Below, in pieces: positions 24,788 to 35,028 of a DNA stretch of 64,000 nucleotides; position 1 is the first letter of the stretch; the number at the start of each line of letters is the position of its first letter. Source of the DNA: Deltaproteobacteria bacterium (GTDB lineage Bacteria; Myxococcota_A; UBA9160; SMWR01); assembly GCA_032128375.1 (NCBI GenBank), contig JAQBGU010000188.1, forward strand, positions 107,458 through 171,457, in the 5' to 3' direction. The translations under genes and the position numbers were made by a program. The notes beneath the pieces are model-generated. The model worked only from the letters and a program-made list of their open reading frames with translations, was not told the origin of the DNA and made no database searches.

Positions 24788-25659
24788 AGCGCGAATGCGA
24801 GGACAGCTTCGCTGACCAATTCGGGCTGCTCCATCACCGCCAGGTGTCCTGCATCGAGATCGTGAACGTCGGCGTCCAACATGCGTGACGCGAGTTGTTC
24901 GTGTGCGATTCTCGGAAATTGTCCGCTGCTCGCCCACAGGATCCGCGTTGGCACGCTGACTCGCTCTGCGAGCGAATAGACGTCCAGGCCTCGGCTCGAT
25001 TCGAACACTGTTGCTTCGATCACGCCCGGGCACTTGAGTTCCACCTGCCCATCGGCCCGGTCGGCGATGCCTTCTTGGAGATACAGCTCGAGTGCGCGCG
25101 CATCCCACGCGGCGAACATCTCCTTGTCGACCCACTTCTGGCGAGCCGCGTCACGCGATGGCCACACCATCCGGCGCTTGCGCGCGCCTTCTGCGAGCGA
25201 GTTGCCGCGCAGCTGTCGCTCGGGATCTGCACTGGCCCATACGGGAGGCGGCACCACCGGATCGACCAACACGGTTCGGCCGAACAAGTCCGGACGCGCA
25301 GCAGCTGCCATCAGGATCGAGGTACCGCCGAACGAGTGCCCCAATCCGAGCGCAACCTTCCCGTCGGGGCGTTCAGCCGCCAGTCGCTCCGCGACGCCAG
25401 TCACGTCATTGCCGAACTCCTCCCAGCGATAGAAATCCGCGCCTTTCGGTTTCGAAGAATCACCGTGTCCGCGCGCATCCATTGCGATCACCCGAAAGTG
25501 GCGACTGAGCGACTCTGCGACCAGCCCCCACACACCAGCGCAAAACCCGTTCGCATGCTGCAGCAAAGCGAGGGGTCCATCCCCGCCCCAATCGAGCAGT
25601 GCGATTTCGATCCCCGACTCGCGAAGTGCAATTTTTCGACGTTGGACCTGGCTCAGCAT
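24784..25659 (-). CDS. Alpha/beta hydrolase
   Basis: HANGF, DARGHGDS, GHSFGG and AGHL motifs. Confidence 0.9.
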   Translation of the reverse strand: MLSQVQRRKIALRESGIEIALLDWGGDGPLALLQHANGFCAGVWGLVAESLSRHFRVIAMDARGHGDSSKPKGADFYRWEEFGNDVTGVAERLAAERPDGKVALGLGHSFGGTSILMAAAARPDLFGRTVLVDPVVPPPVWASADPERQLRGNSLAEGARKRRMVWPSRDAARQKWVDKEMFAAWDARALELYLQEGIADRADGQVELKCPGVIEATVFESSRGLDVYSLAERVSVPTRILWASSGQFPRIAHEQLASRMLDADVHDLDAGHLAVMEQPELVSEAVLAFAL

Positions 25660-25797
25660 GAATTCGTGGGGGTGTCCGCGGCGGTTGAGGGTTATTGACC
25701 AGGGTTGGCGCAGCTGGTGGAATGCTCTGGAGAGCTTGGCTGGAATCGAATACTGACCCCGACTCGCAGCTCGCGCCACCCGGGTTATGCTGCGTCG

Positions 25798-26430
25798 ATG
25801 AACCGATCTGATATCACTCTCGACGACGCACTGCGAAAGCGGGCCGTCGCGAACCTGGCAGCTTTTGACCGGCAGATCGCCGAGAGCGCGGGGCTACGAC
25901 CGGCCGCGGTAGCATTGACGCTGATCGCAGATGCCGAAGGCACTCCCTGTTTCATCTTGACTCGGCGCGCCTCGAAGCTGAAAAATCACGGGGGACAATG
26001 GGCATTACCCGGCGGACGACTCGATCCGGGTGAGACCGCGGAAATCGCGGCGCTTCGCGAACTCTCGGAGGAAGTCGGCCTCGACCTCCCAGCCAATTCA
26101 GTGCTCGGGCTACTCGACGACTATCCGACGCGGTCTGGCTTCGTGATCACACCCGTCGTCTGCTGGGCGGGCACGCAGCGCGCACTCGACCCCGACCCTG
26201 CCGAGGTGGCGGCTGTGTATCGCGTTCGGATGGATGAACTCGACAGACCCGACGTTCCGCGCTTCCGCACGATTCCCGAAAGTCAAAGACCGGTGATTTC
26301 GATTCCATTGCTCGGAACGCATATCCACGCTCCCACCGCAGCCATCCTGTACCAACTCAACGAGGTTGCCATACACGGCCGCGCGACCCGCGTCGCCGAG
26401 TTCGAGCAACCCGTATTCGCGTGGCGCTGA
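25798..26430 (+). CDS. Nudix hydrolase, CoA pyrophosphatase (NudL-like)
   Basis: LTRRASKLKNHGGQWALPGG and Nudix box GETAEIAALRELSEEVG. Confidence 0.88.
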   Translation: MNRSDITLDDALRKRAVANLAAFDRQIAESAGLRPAAVALTLIADAEGTPCFILTRRASKLKNHGGQWALPGGRLDPGETAEIAALRELSEEVGLDLPANSVLGLLDDYPTRSGFVITPVVCWAGTQRALDPDPAEVAAVYRVRMDELDRPDVPRFRTIPESQRPVISIPLLGTHIHAPTAAILYQLNEVAIHGRATRVAEFEQPVFAWR

Positions 26431-26440
26431 GCGCCGCCAG

Positions 26441-26912
26441 TTGAAATTCGAACGCATTCGAGATCGCGATCCAATCGAACGCCGCGATTCGGCTACCCAC
26501 ATCTATGATGCACTTGCGGACCTCGACCCCTTCTTCTGGCCCTGGTACGCGGCCATCGAACAAGAAGCGCTGTGTGCCATCTGCCTGGTGCAATCGCACC
26601 CGCGCACCACACCGCGAGCGTGGATCTCCTGCAGCACGTCCGCGAACGGCTCCCCGATTCCTTCTTCGCCAACCTCAGTCCGCAGCGGGTCGGTTATTCG
26701 AGGTCGACCATGCGCCCGGACCAGCGAAACCGGCCTCGGGCGAGCGATATCGGCAGCACTGCCACGAGCTTTCTGATCGAGTCGACTCGATTGGCTTGAA
26801 TGTGATGGCGAGCAACTCCGCTGCAATTCGCTGCTACGAGAGCCTCGGCTTCAAACACGCGCGAGCTATTTCGAAGCAATCATTTCCCCGAAGCCCGGCG
26901 CGCGAATTGTAA
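26441..26912 (+). pseudogene. Degraded GNAT (FR47-like) acetyltransferase
   Basis: Protein-like fragments in three frames: LADLDPFFWP / LPDSFFANLSP / IGLNVMASNSAAIRCYESLGF. Confidence 0.6.
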
Positions 26913-27057
26913 ACGCCGTGTAACAACCCACTGGCAAAGTCTTGCACTGGCTCGAATCAGCCAAATCAACTCGCACGACCCGCGACGGCGGCCGCCGCGA
27001 AGCGCTACGATTCCCACCGAGATGCGCGCGTACTCATCGCATCGTTCGAGGTCCAGC

Positions 27058-27621
27058 GTGATTCGACTCATTGCCCGAGTGTTTCTGCGTCTCACCGGAT
27101 GGCAGGCCAGAGGAAGTCGACCCGCTTCGCGCAGGTATGTGCTGATGAGCGCGCCGCACACCAGCAATTGGGACCTCGCCTACATGCTGGCCATAGCCAT
27201 CCGACTCGACGTGAAGATCTCGTTCATGGCCAAGAGCCAGCTGTTTGCCTGGCCGATGGGATTCTTCATGCGCAAGGCCGGGGGCATTCCGGTCTTACGC
27301 GATCGGCGGACGAACATGGTCGATCAGATGGCCGACCGACTCCTGACCACCCCGGACCTGGCGCTGGCGGTGCCTGCCGAGGGAACCCGTGGTTATGTCC
27401 CCCATTGGAAGTCCGGCTTCTATCACATCGCGCTGAAAGCCGGAGTCCCGATCGTATTCGGCTATCTGGACTACGCTCTCAAGCAGGGTGGCTTTGGACC
27501 GGAAATGATTCCCACTGGCAGCATCAGCGAAGACATGGACGTGATCCGCGACTTCTACTCGGACATCCAGGGCAAGTACCCCGAGAACTTCGGCGAAATC
27601 CGTCTAAAGGAAGAGATGTAA
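27058..27621 (+). CDS. Lysophospholipid acyltransferase (PlsC family)
   Basis: HTSNWD (HxxxxD), FMAK, AEGTR and WKSGFY motifs. Confidence 0.9.
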   Translation: MIRLIARVFLRLTGWQARGSRPASRRYVLMSAPHTSNWDLAYMLAIAIRLDVKISFMAKSQLFAWPMGFFMRKAGGIPVLRDRRTNMVDQMADRLLTTPDLALAVPAEGTRGYVPHWKSGFYHIALKAGVPIVFGYLDYALKQGGFGPEMIPTGSISEDMDVIRDFYSDIQGKYPENFGEIRLKEEM

Positions 27622-27712
27622 CCGGCAGTGACGAATTCGAAAAATTCGCTCTGACTGCGAACTCGCTTCACACGATCTTCTGCTTCGTCACGCGACCCGT
27701 CACGACGAATTT

Positions 27713-27988
27713 CTAGATCCCCATATCACTCAGAGCATCCGCTATGCGGCCGACAATCCCGGTGAGCTTCGGGTGCTTGCCCTCGAAGCTCTCGATCGCC
27801 TCATTCAGCCGATCGACGAGCGGTTGCGGGGAGTCGGACGGGGAAGCTTCGTCGCCAATCGCCTGTTGAATTTCACGAGCAGCGTCGCGCAGCCGCTCTC
27901 GCGCGCCGTCACCCAGGTCGTCCGAGGCCTCGAGAGCCTGGTGAAGTTCGTTGAGGATCTCGTTCAGAGAGGTTTGGGGATCCGGCAT
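27713..27988 (-). CDS. Small protein, DUF4404-like
   Basis: C-terminal FEGKHPKLTGIVGRIADALSDMGI pattern. Confidence 0.75.
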   Translation of the reverse strand: MPDPQTSLNEILNELHQALEASDDLGDGARERLRDAAREIQQAIGDEASPSDSPQPLVDRLNEAIESFEGKHPKLTGIVGRIADALSDMGI

Positions 27989-28032
27989 GAGTGGCCCTTC
28001 GTTCGTCGTGGAGAGGACAGTCTCCAGCGACT

Positions 28033-28141
28033 CAAACTACAACAACACGACTACTACAACCACTACAAACCACTACAACTACTATTACAACTACGATTAC
28101 AACTACGATTACGACAAGTACAACCAGTACAACAACTACTA
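28033..28141. repeat. Imperfect trinucleotide (TAC/AAC/GAC) low-complexity tract
   Basis: aactacaacaacacgactactacaaccactacaaaccactacaactactattacaactacgattacaactacgattac...; A/C-rich and nearly G-free on the + strand. Confidence 0.85.
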
Positions 28142-29173
28142 CACGTTAAAGCGAAAATGAACGACGTCGCCGTCTTGCACAATGTAGTCCTTGCCCTCGA
28201 CTCGGGCTAAACCCGCTTCGCGGCACTTCGCCTCGCTGCCCTGTTCGATCAGATCTTGCCAGTTGATGATTTCGGCGCGAATGAAGCCGCGCTCGATATC
28301 GGAGTGGATCTTTCCCGCTGCGCGCACCGCTCTCGAGCCTCGTGCCACCGGCCACGCGCGGCATTCATCGGGCCCCGCAGTGAGCATCGAGACCAGGTCG
28401 ATCAACGCGTACGCGGCGCGAATGAAGCGACCACGGGCCGGTTCCGCCAAGCCCAGCGACTCCGCGAATTCTGCCTGCTCCTCGTCGGACATGGCGGCGA
28501 CATCCATTTCGACCTGCGCAGACAGCACGACCACACCCAGATTGCGCAGCGCGGCAGAAGTCTCGATGTCCTTTGGGAGCTCTCCGCCGATATCGTCCTC
28601 ACTAACGTTGATCACCAACAGCAGCGGCTTGAGCGACAGCAGCGCGTAGCCGGCGATCATCTTGGCTTCTTCTTCGCTGAGTTCGAACGAACGCAGCGGC
28701 CGCTCCTGTTCCAAGTGGCTAGTGATCCGCTGCAGCAGATCGAGTTCGCGAGGATTGCTGCGGTCGCGAGCGAGCCGATCGACCCTCTTTTCGATGAGGT
28801 CGAGATCCGCCAGGATCGTCTCGACTTCCAAGTCGGTGATCTCGACGACGGGATGCGGTGCTTCACCGGTGGCGTCCGGAAACGCGCGCACCACCTGACA
28901 AAGTGCGTCCACTTCGCGCATTGCATTGAGAACCTTGCGGTCCAGCCCCTCGCCGCCGCCCCCAAGGTCGGTGAATGTGATCTCGGCGTATGTGGTTTTT
29001 TTCGGCGAGTAGAGCTCCGCGAGCGCGTCCACGCGGGGGTCGGGCACCTTGACCACGCCCAGGTTGACCTTGTCGCGCGGGGCCGCGTAGCCAGTTTCGA
29101 CGGCGATCCCAGTCAGGGCGCCGAAAACTGTGCTCTTGCCCGCTCCGGGGAATCCAACCAATCCAATCTTCAT
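28139..29173 (-). CDS. ychF: Redox-regulated ATPase YchF (Obg family)
   Basis: [35 protein letters not shown] and [17 protein letters not shown]. Confidence 0.92.
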   Translation of the reverse strand: MKIGLVGFPGAGKSTVFGALTGIAVETGYAAPRDKVNLGVVKVPDPRVDALAELYSPKKTTYAEITFTDLGGGGEGLDRKVLNAMREVDALCQVVRAFPDATGEAPHPVVEITDLEVETILADLDLIEKRVDRLARDRSNPRELDLLQRITSHLEQERPLRSFELSEEEAKMIAGYALLSLKPLLLVINVSEDDIGGELPKDIETSAALRNLGVVVLSAQVEMDVAAMSDEEQAEFAESLGLAEPARGRFIRAAYALIDLVSMLTAGPDECRAWPVARGSRAVRAAGKIHSDIERGFIRAEIINWQDLIEQGSEAKCREAGLARVEGKDYIVQDGDVVHFRFNV

Positions 29174-29216
29174 GGGACGCGGACCCTACAACAGCGCGGT
29201 CCAGCGAGTCGAGCCG

Positions 29217-30557
29217 TCAATCGAGATATCCCAACTTGCGCAGCGATTCGGCCAGCTCGGGATCGAGGTTTTCCGGCTCAACCCCGGGACGCCGATCGAA
29301 GTAAGCCGGGAGCCCCCGGTGTGCGGCGAACGCGACACGAATGACCTCGAGTTCGCGGGCCTGGTCGGGCCCCAGCGGGTCGAGCAGCAGATTTCGTTCT
29401 TCGAACGGATCAGCCTGGAGGTCGAAGAACTCCTCTCGCTTCGGCAGTTCCGTACACAGACCGACACAGTATTTGTCCCGAAAGCCGGGTGTCGCCTGCA
29501 GACCGGCCTGGACGGGTCCACGTGGTGTGACGATGTACTTGTAGCGGCTCGAAACCAACGCCAAACGCACCGCGCAACGGCCATCCGCTTCCGAGAACGA
29601 ATAGGTGCTGGCAACCTTTCCGGCCGCAACGCCCAGCAGCGAGACCCCCTGTCCCCGGTAGCCAGGGATATCGAGTCCAACGACAGCGGCCACGGTCGGA
29701 AACAGGTCGACGTGGCGCGCAATCGCATCCGCGGCCCCCGCGAGTTTCGAGCCGGGCAACTTGATCAACAGCGGGACCTTCAGGTTTTCCTCGTAGTGGC
29801 CAGCCCCGTGAATGCAGCATTTTCCGGCGGTGCGGATCATCTCGGAACCGTGATCTCCAGTCAGCACGATCAGCGAGTTGTCATATAATCCGCGCTCTTT
29901 CAACATCGAGATCACGTCACCGATGCGCCGATCGATGTAGGCAAGTGCTTCGGGGTCGTGCTGGCGCGCATCAGGTCGCGGATCGTGGAGATCGAACGTG
30001 TGCAAAAACAGAAAGAAGGGCGCATCCCCTCCCTGGTCGAGCCAGCCGCGCAGGTGCTCCAGTGTCTCGTCCAAATCGCTGTGGTCAGCATTCTTGGCTG
30101 ACTCCTCGAACCTCCCGAAACCACGGCCCAACCCAAAACGCGCCGAGATCGGCCCCTGGCCGACGAATGCGACCGTCTCGTAACCGGCTGTGGCGAGTGT
30201 TTCGGGTAATGCGGGGTAATCCGCGACGAGTTCGGTCGCTCCCTCGCTCGCCAACATCAGCTGATACGGCAACGATCGACCGTGTTGGCTCGGGTACAAG
30301 CCGGTCAACATGCTGACATGGGATGGCGTCGTCCAGGGCGCGTGGGCATAGGCGCGAGAAAACGCGATCGAATCCTCCGCCAGTGCCGCGAATACGGGCG
30401 TGTTGCCTTCGCGAATACCCGTCGCGAACTGGCGCTGGTTCAAACAATCGATGGAGATCAGCACTACGTGGGTGGCGTCGCGATTGCGCTCGCCGGCCAG
30501 GCACCCGACTGCGAGCCCGACGAAGATCAGCAGGACTGGCGCGAGGTACTTCTGCAT
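29217..30557 (-). CDS. Sulfatase/alkaline-phosphatase-superfamily protein (exported, possibly lipoprotein)
   Basis: [33 protein letters not shown] and DLFPT motifs; LAVGC lipobox-like signal. Confidence 0.85.
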   Translation of the reverse strand: MQKYLAPVLLIFVGLAVGCLAGERNRDATHVVLISIDCLNQRQFATGIREGNTPVFAALAEDSIAFSRAYAHAPWTTPSHVSMLTGLYPSQHGRSLPYQLMLASEGATELVADYPALPETLATAGYETVAFVGQGPISARFGLGRGFGRFEESAKNADHSDLDETLEHLRGWLDQGGDAPFFLFLHTFDLHDPRPDARQHDPEALAYIDRRIGDVISMLKERGLYDNSLIVLTGDHGSEMIRTAGKCCIHGAGHYEENLKVPLLIKLPGSKLAGAADAIARHVDLFPTVAAVVGLDIPGYRGQGVSLLGVAAGKVASTYSFSEADGRCAVRLALVSSRYKYIVTPRGPVQAGLQATPGFRDKYCVGLCTELPKREEFFDLQADPFEERNLLLDPLGPDQARELEVIRVAFAAHRGLPAYFDRRPGVEPENLDPELAESLRKLGYLD

Positions 30558-30730
30558 GACAGCGACGCTAGCCCGTTGCAGAACTCATGTGCATCTCTCA
30601 GCTCGCGAGCATCGCGGCACACAGCGACCTCTCGCGATGCCGCGGCAATGCCCCCGCGCAAGGGCGAATTCTGAGAATTCTTCACCGTCGTCGCTTGCAC
30701 GCTAGAGCTGGCGCTCTACCGCGCAGACTC

Positions 30731-33622
30731 CTAGTACGGCGAATGCGAATATTCGAGTTCGGCGGGTGTTCCGCTGGCGGACGTTACAATGAACCGGATC
30801 GCGGACGGATCGTGATCCGGCAGCTCCAGCTCGAAACGCGAGCGCGCCGGATCGATTGGGACGGCGAAAGCGAACTGCCCATCGGCGAAGACCAGCACGG
30901 CGGCGGGTGGACGCGGATGTTCGCTCACCCATCCCGACAATTTCATCGGTTCATCTTCACTGGCCTCGACACGGCCTTCGATACCCTGCGGATCGAGCGG
31001 AACCCAGCGTTCTCCGATCGCGAGCCCATCGTGCCCACCGCGTCTCACCAGTTCCACCCTTCCCGTGGGGCCCAGCCACATGGGTTCGATAGCGCGGGTT
31101 TGATCAGAGCGGAGATCGGCACTTCGATACCGGATCGGGCTGGCAGCGTCGCGAGCGACGCCGACAAACTGCACGTGCGCCGACGTGTCGCCGCCGAGTT
31201 TTCCGTATGGAATCGCGAAGCGAAAGCGACGGTACTTCGGCGAAAGAAAAGACGACTCGTCAGAACCATCGATCGGCGCTCCTGCATCGAGTTCGGCCAG
31301 CGCGAGCGGCTGGACATGGAGGAGCCGCCCCCCCGCGAAGACCAGCAGCAATTCGGCGGGGCGATCGCGCCGAACGTCGACCGCCTCTCCTTCGAAGTAG
31401 GCACCGCTGGGTGTCACCTGCCCAACAACCGCGCTCGGCACGAGTGGATAGATGCGGCCGTCTGACGACCCGATCGCGCCGATTTTGCCCCCCGCGCCAG
31501 CAACGCCAAAGTAACTGACAGACGGTCGACGCTGCGTGGGCTCGAGTGCGATCCGGCCCGCGCGATCGCGAATCACGAAGATCTCGACGACGTTCGCCCC
31601 GGCACGAAATGCATCCGGAGGCACCATCGCAGTGAAGCGCGGGTGATCTGCTGCATCGCCATAGGTACGGGTCGTGGCGCGAATGACTCCGTTGATGGCG
31701 ACCGCCAGCTCGCGCTGCCCGAGCTCGGCGGCGGAGAGAAGTTCTCCCGTCACGTGAGCCGGTAGGAAGGGGGAATCCGGATGGACATCTTCGTAGGCCG
31801 ATGCGTCGATCAATCGCAGTTCGAAGACGTTCTCGTCGAGCATCACAAGCGAACTCGTAGGCCGGCCATGTAGTTCGGGACGTCGACCCATCGCGAACAG
31901 ATCGGCGGTCGCAGAAATCTCCAAGCGACGCCGGACCGGCTCTCCCAGTGGCAGGGTGGCCGCAAGCCGCATCGCCGAGCGAGTCGCTCCATCGCTTACG
32001 TAGACGATCTTGTCGGCGCCATTCGCGGACGACTCGGGTTGCGCGAGCGCGCTGACACCGTCCACCGGTTCGGAGAGCTGACCGCCCAGTGCGTCCACAA
32101 TCGTCGGCAAGATGTCGATCGTCTGTACGTTTCGGTCGCTGCGAACCGCTGCGGTCTGACCCGGCAGTTTGACGAACAGCGGAACCCTCAAGATATCGCC
32201 GGCGTTGCGCAGTGGGTGCTTTCGGTCGATCTGCCGCATCCCGCCGCCCACCCGAAAACTGATCCCGTGATCCGCAGTGACCACCACCAACGCCTCGTCG
32301 AAGGCGCCTACCTGCTCGAGCCTCTGGACCAGGCGGCCGAGCAGTTTGTCGGCGTAACGCAGCTGAAGCAGGTGTCGCTGGAGAGCCTGCGCGACCTCCC
32401 ACTCGTCATCTTGCCAGACTTCCTTTCTGGCACCGTGCGCGACACCGAACGGACCGATGGGACCGTACTCGGTACCCGATGGAAGGTAGCGATACGGGCG
32501 ATGCGGGAGATTGATGTGGATGAAGTGTAGTGCCGGCTTCTCTGCCACACCAGACGACACAGGGTCGACGATGCGCTCGAGGAAGCGATCGAAGATCCAA
32601 CTCGAATCGGCCCTTCGGCCGCGAATCCGGTCGTCAGGGTCTTCGCGCGCGAAATTCTTCCATGTGGTGGTGACGTCGGGTAGTGATTCCGAAGCATTGT
32701 CTGGCAATAGGCGATTCAAGTAGAGCACTACCAGATCCGAGGCGAGCGACTCGAGTCGCGCGCCTCGCGACCTGCCGCGGCCGCATAACGCTCGCGGACA
32801 CAGCCTGGTGAACGGTTCGATGACGTTGAGTGAACGACTGGTCGACAATACGGTGAACAGATTTTGAGGATACTCGTCCGCGATCGCTGCCCGGATCTGA
32901 TCCGGATACTTTCCGGTCAAGATGGCAGGCAGTGCGTAGGTTGTCCGCTCGGCTACACTCGTTGCGTTGTAATACCAGTGGGAACGCGCAGCCAACTCCG
33001 CGAAGTGCGGATGTCGCGCAGCGTCGATCGCGCCGTCATCGCCGAGCAGCGAATTCAGCGGCAACGCGTCGAAGACCACAACGACGACGGGCGCGTCGCT
33101 TTGAACCTGCGCCGATCGAGCAGCGATCGAAAGCCAGCGACGATCGTCTTCGCCGGCGATATTGGCCACATTCCACACGAATAGCGCCGGAAACAGCAGC
33201 AATGAGGGCGTGAGCAGCGTGACAAATGTGCGCACCACCGCGACGCGCAGGTACGCTGTCGCGCTCGCGATTCCCAGCGCGGCCGCCGCGCCGAACTCCA
33301 GCGGCGCCCAGGTCCCGAAGGACTCGAAACCTGGGAGCGCGATGGCGGCGATCAATCCAGCCACGAGGCACCCGATCAGCGCGCGCGATGCAAGACCGGG
33401 AGCCTTCGCGCCCATCCAGGCCACCAAGGCAAAGCCACCGGGGAGTCCCAACCCGACCCCGAGCGCGATCCACGCGATATCCGCGCTGTCGACCTGGTGG
33501 GCAACGAGAAATTCCGTGTAGCGGGCCAGCAACTCGAACAGCGGTTGTGACACCGCGAAGGCAGCCAAAGTTGCGACGTGCAACGCCGCCAACGCTGCCC
33601 CTTGGCTTGGACGCCGTGCCAT
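30731..33622 (-). CDS. Membrane-bound sulfatase-fold (LtaS-like architecture) protein with long C-terminal extension
   Basis: About 5 N-terminal TMs, VVFDALP, RTTYALPAILTG, LPHRPY, TADHG and IDILPT. ATG overlaps the upstream TGA. Confidence 0.8.
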   Translation of the reverse strand: MARRPSQGAALAALHVATLAAFAVSQPLFELLARYTEFLVAHQVDSADIAWIALGVGLGLPGGFALVAWMGAKAPGLASRALIGCLVAGLIAAIALPGFESFGTWAPLEFGAAAALGIASATAYLRVAVVRTFVTLLTPSLLLFPALFVWNVANIAGEDDRRWLSIAARSAQVQSDAPVVVVVFDALPLNSLLGDDGAIDAARHPHFAELAARSHWYYNATSVAERTTYALPAILTGKYPDQIRAAIADEYPQNLFTVLSTSRSLNVIEPFTRLCPRALCGRGRSRGARLESLASDLVVLYLNRLLPDNASESLPDVTTTWKNFAREDPDDRIRGRRADSSWIFDRFLERIVDPVSSGVAEKPALHFIHINLPHRPYRYLPSGTEYGPIGPFGVAHGARKEVWQDDEWEVAQALQRHLLQLRYADKLLGRLVQRLEQVGAFDEALVVVTADHGISFRVGGGMRQIDRKHPLRNAGDILRVPLFVKLPGQTAAVRSDRNVQTIDILPTIVDALGGQLSEPVDGVSALAQPESSANGADKIVYVSDGATRSAMRLAATLPLGEPVRRRLEISATADLFAMGRRPELHGRPTSSLVMLDENVFELRLIDASAYEDVHPDSPFLPAHVTGELLSAAELGQRELAVAINGVIRATTRTYGDAADHPRFTAMVPPDAFRAGANVVEIFVIRDRAGRIALEPTQRRPSVSYFGVAGAGGKIGAIGSSDGRIYPLVPSAVVGQVTPSGAYFEGEAVDVRRDRPAELLLVFAGGRLLHVQPLALAELDAGAPIDGSDESSFLSPKYRRFRFAIPYGKLGGDTSAHVQFVGVARDAASPIRYRSADLRSDQTRAIEPMWLGPTGRVELVRRGGHDGLAIGERWVPLDPQGIEGRVEASEDEPMKLSGWVSEHPRPPAAVLVFADGQFAFAVPIDPARSRFELELPDHDPSAIRFIVTSASGTPAELEYSHSPY

Positions 33623-35028
33623 CAACTCCGACCGCCGTACCAGACGAAATAGGGTACACAGACCGCAAAGAAAAACGCCAGCACCGCGAGCGCGGAGACC
33701 AGCGCTTGGCCGCGCAGGCGCCGCCGAGCCGCGCTGAAGTTTTGCAGTGCGTTGCTCCCGTAAACGATGAGTAGCGGCATCCACGGGACCCGGAAGCGCG
33801 TATCCGCGTTCACCAGAACATGCACAGCCAGCGCAGCGCCGACTACCAAGCCGACCAACAACCGGTTTCCGCTCACCGGCGCGGACGCAAAACCCAACAC
33901 CCCAATGACGAACACAATCATGTAACTGCCAATCACCGCCGTGTACAGCAACGCGATCGAGGTCGGATCCAGTTCGCCATAGGCCCCGCGGCGCAGCTTG
34001 CGTAACAGATAGGAATCTGGCATCAGAAGCAACGTCGGGTTCAGCACGAGCTTCTTCCAGATCCAGCTCGGTTGCGCTTCGCGCACCCGTTCGAGTGTAT
34101 ATTTGCGGGCAAAATCCATCCGTTCGATCTCACCTTCAATCGAGAAGTATTCTCGCTCGAACTTCACGTGCCCGGGACCGTCCTGCTTCAGCCAGTCCTT
34201 CGTTTCGAGCGTGTTGCCCTGCGCCGCCGCAAACCAACCGATCGACGAAACCGGTATGAAGCGCCCGTGCACCGTGTAGTTTCGGATCGTCCACGGAACG
34301 ATCACCGCGGCTGCGACAAACAACATCGTGAAGCCGTCACCGAGCGCCCGCCGGCGGCCAGACCCCGTCGATTGCTGCACCCACCAGAACGCGCAGATTG
34401 CGACGACCGGAATCGCGGCCTCGCGTGTCAATCCCGCCAGCCCGAACACGAGACCCAGCCCTGCGGCGCGTAGCCGATTCGGATGCCGCTTTGCGTAAAC
34501 CACGCCGGCCAATCCGACGACGACCAGCCCCGCGAACAGCGATTCGGACCACAAGTAGTGACTGTACGCGATGAAATTCGGATACAGCGCCGTGATCGAG
34601 GCCGCCAGCAACGCACAAGCCCGGCCGAATAACACCCAGCCGAGAAGCCCTGTCGCCATGACCAGCCCGGTAGAAAGAACGATCTCCACCTGCATGAATC
34701 GATGGATGACTTGCCGCAGGTGTTTCGGTTCGATCGGGTCTCCCCGTGCGTCGAGTGCCAGCGACACTTCGGGCGAGACGAAAACGGACAGCAAGTAGGC
34801 GTGAGCGGGAGGGCGCCACGCTCGGGAGGTCTTCTTGAATACATGACCACGCCCCTGTGCGATGTTGAGTGCAGTATTCACGTAATACCGCTCGTCGCCC
34901 ACCAAGCGAACCGGGAACGTACTCTCCATCGTGTAGAGCCGGAGCAATCCAGCGAAAAGGCCGATCACCAGCAGCGCGAGTGCTGTCCGCGCGCGGCTTC
35001 CGACTGGCCAGTTCAGCGGGCTCCTCAC
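33622..35028 (-). CDS. ArnT/PMT-like (GT-C) glycosyltransferase
   Basis: GDERYY after TM1, RPP, SESL, LTR, PWTIRNY and RFRVP; polytopic. Confidence 0.8.
   Translation of the reverse strand: MRSPLNWPVGSRARTALALLVIGLFAGLLRLYTMESTFPVRLVGDERYYVNTALNIAQGRGHVFKKTSRAWRPPAHAYLLSVFVSPEVSLALDARGDPIEPKHLRQVIHRFMQVEIVLSTGLVMATGLLGWVLFGRACALLAASITALYPNFIAYSHYLWSESLFAGLVVVGLAGVVYAKRHPNRLRAAGLGLVFGLAGLTREAAIPVVAICAFWWVQQSTGSGRRRALGDGFTMLFVAAAVIVPWTIRNYTVHGRFIPVSSIGWFAAAQGNTLETKDWLKQDGPGHVKFEREYFSIEGEIERMDFARKYTLERVREAQPSWIWKKLVLNPTLLLMPDSYLLRKLRRGAYGELDPTSIALLYTAVIGSYMIVFVIGVLGFASAPVSGNRLLVGLVVGAALAVHVLVNADTRFRVPWMPLLIVYGSNALQNFSAARRRLRGQALVSALAVLAFFFAVCVPYFVWYGGRS

Noticed and set aside
26931..26946. Sigma54-like TGGCA...TTGCA site
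   Set aside because: GG-to-GC spacing is 9 nt rather than the required 10.
27951..28160. Tyr/Asn/Thr-rich small ORF, or a DGR template repeat
   Set aside because: The ORF overlaps both neighbouring genes antisense and has no RBS; there is no reverse transcriptase or matching variable repeat in the window.
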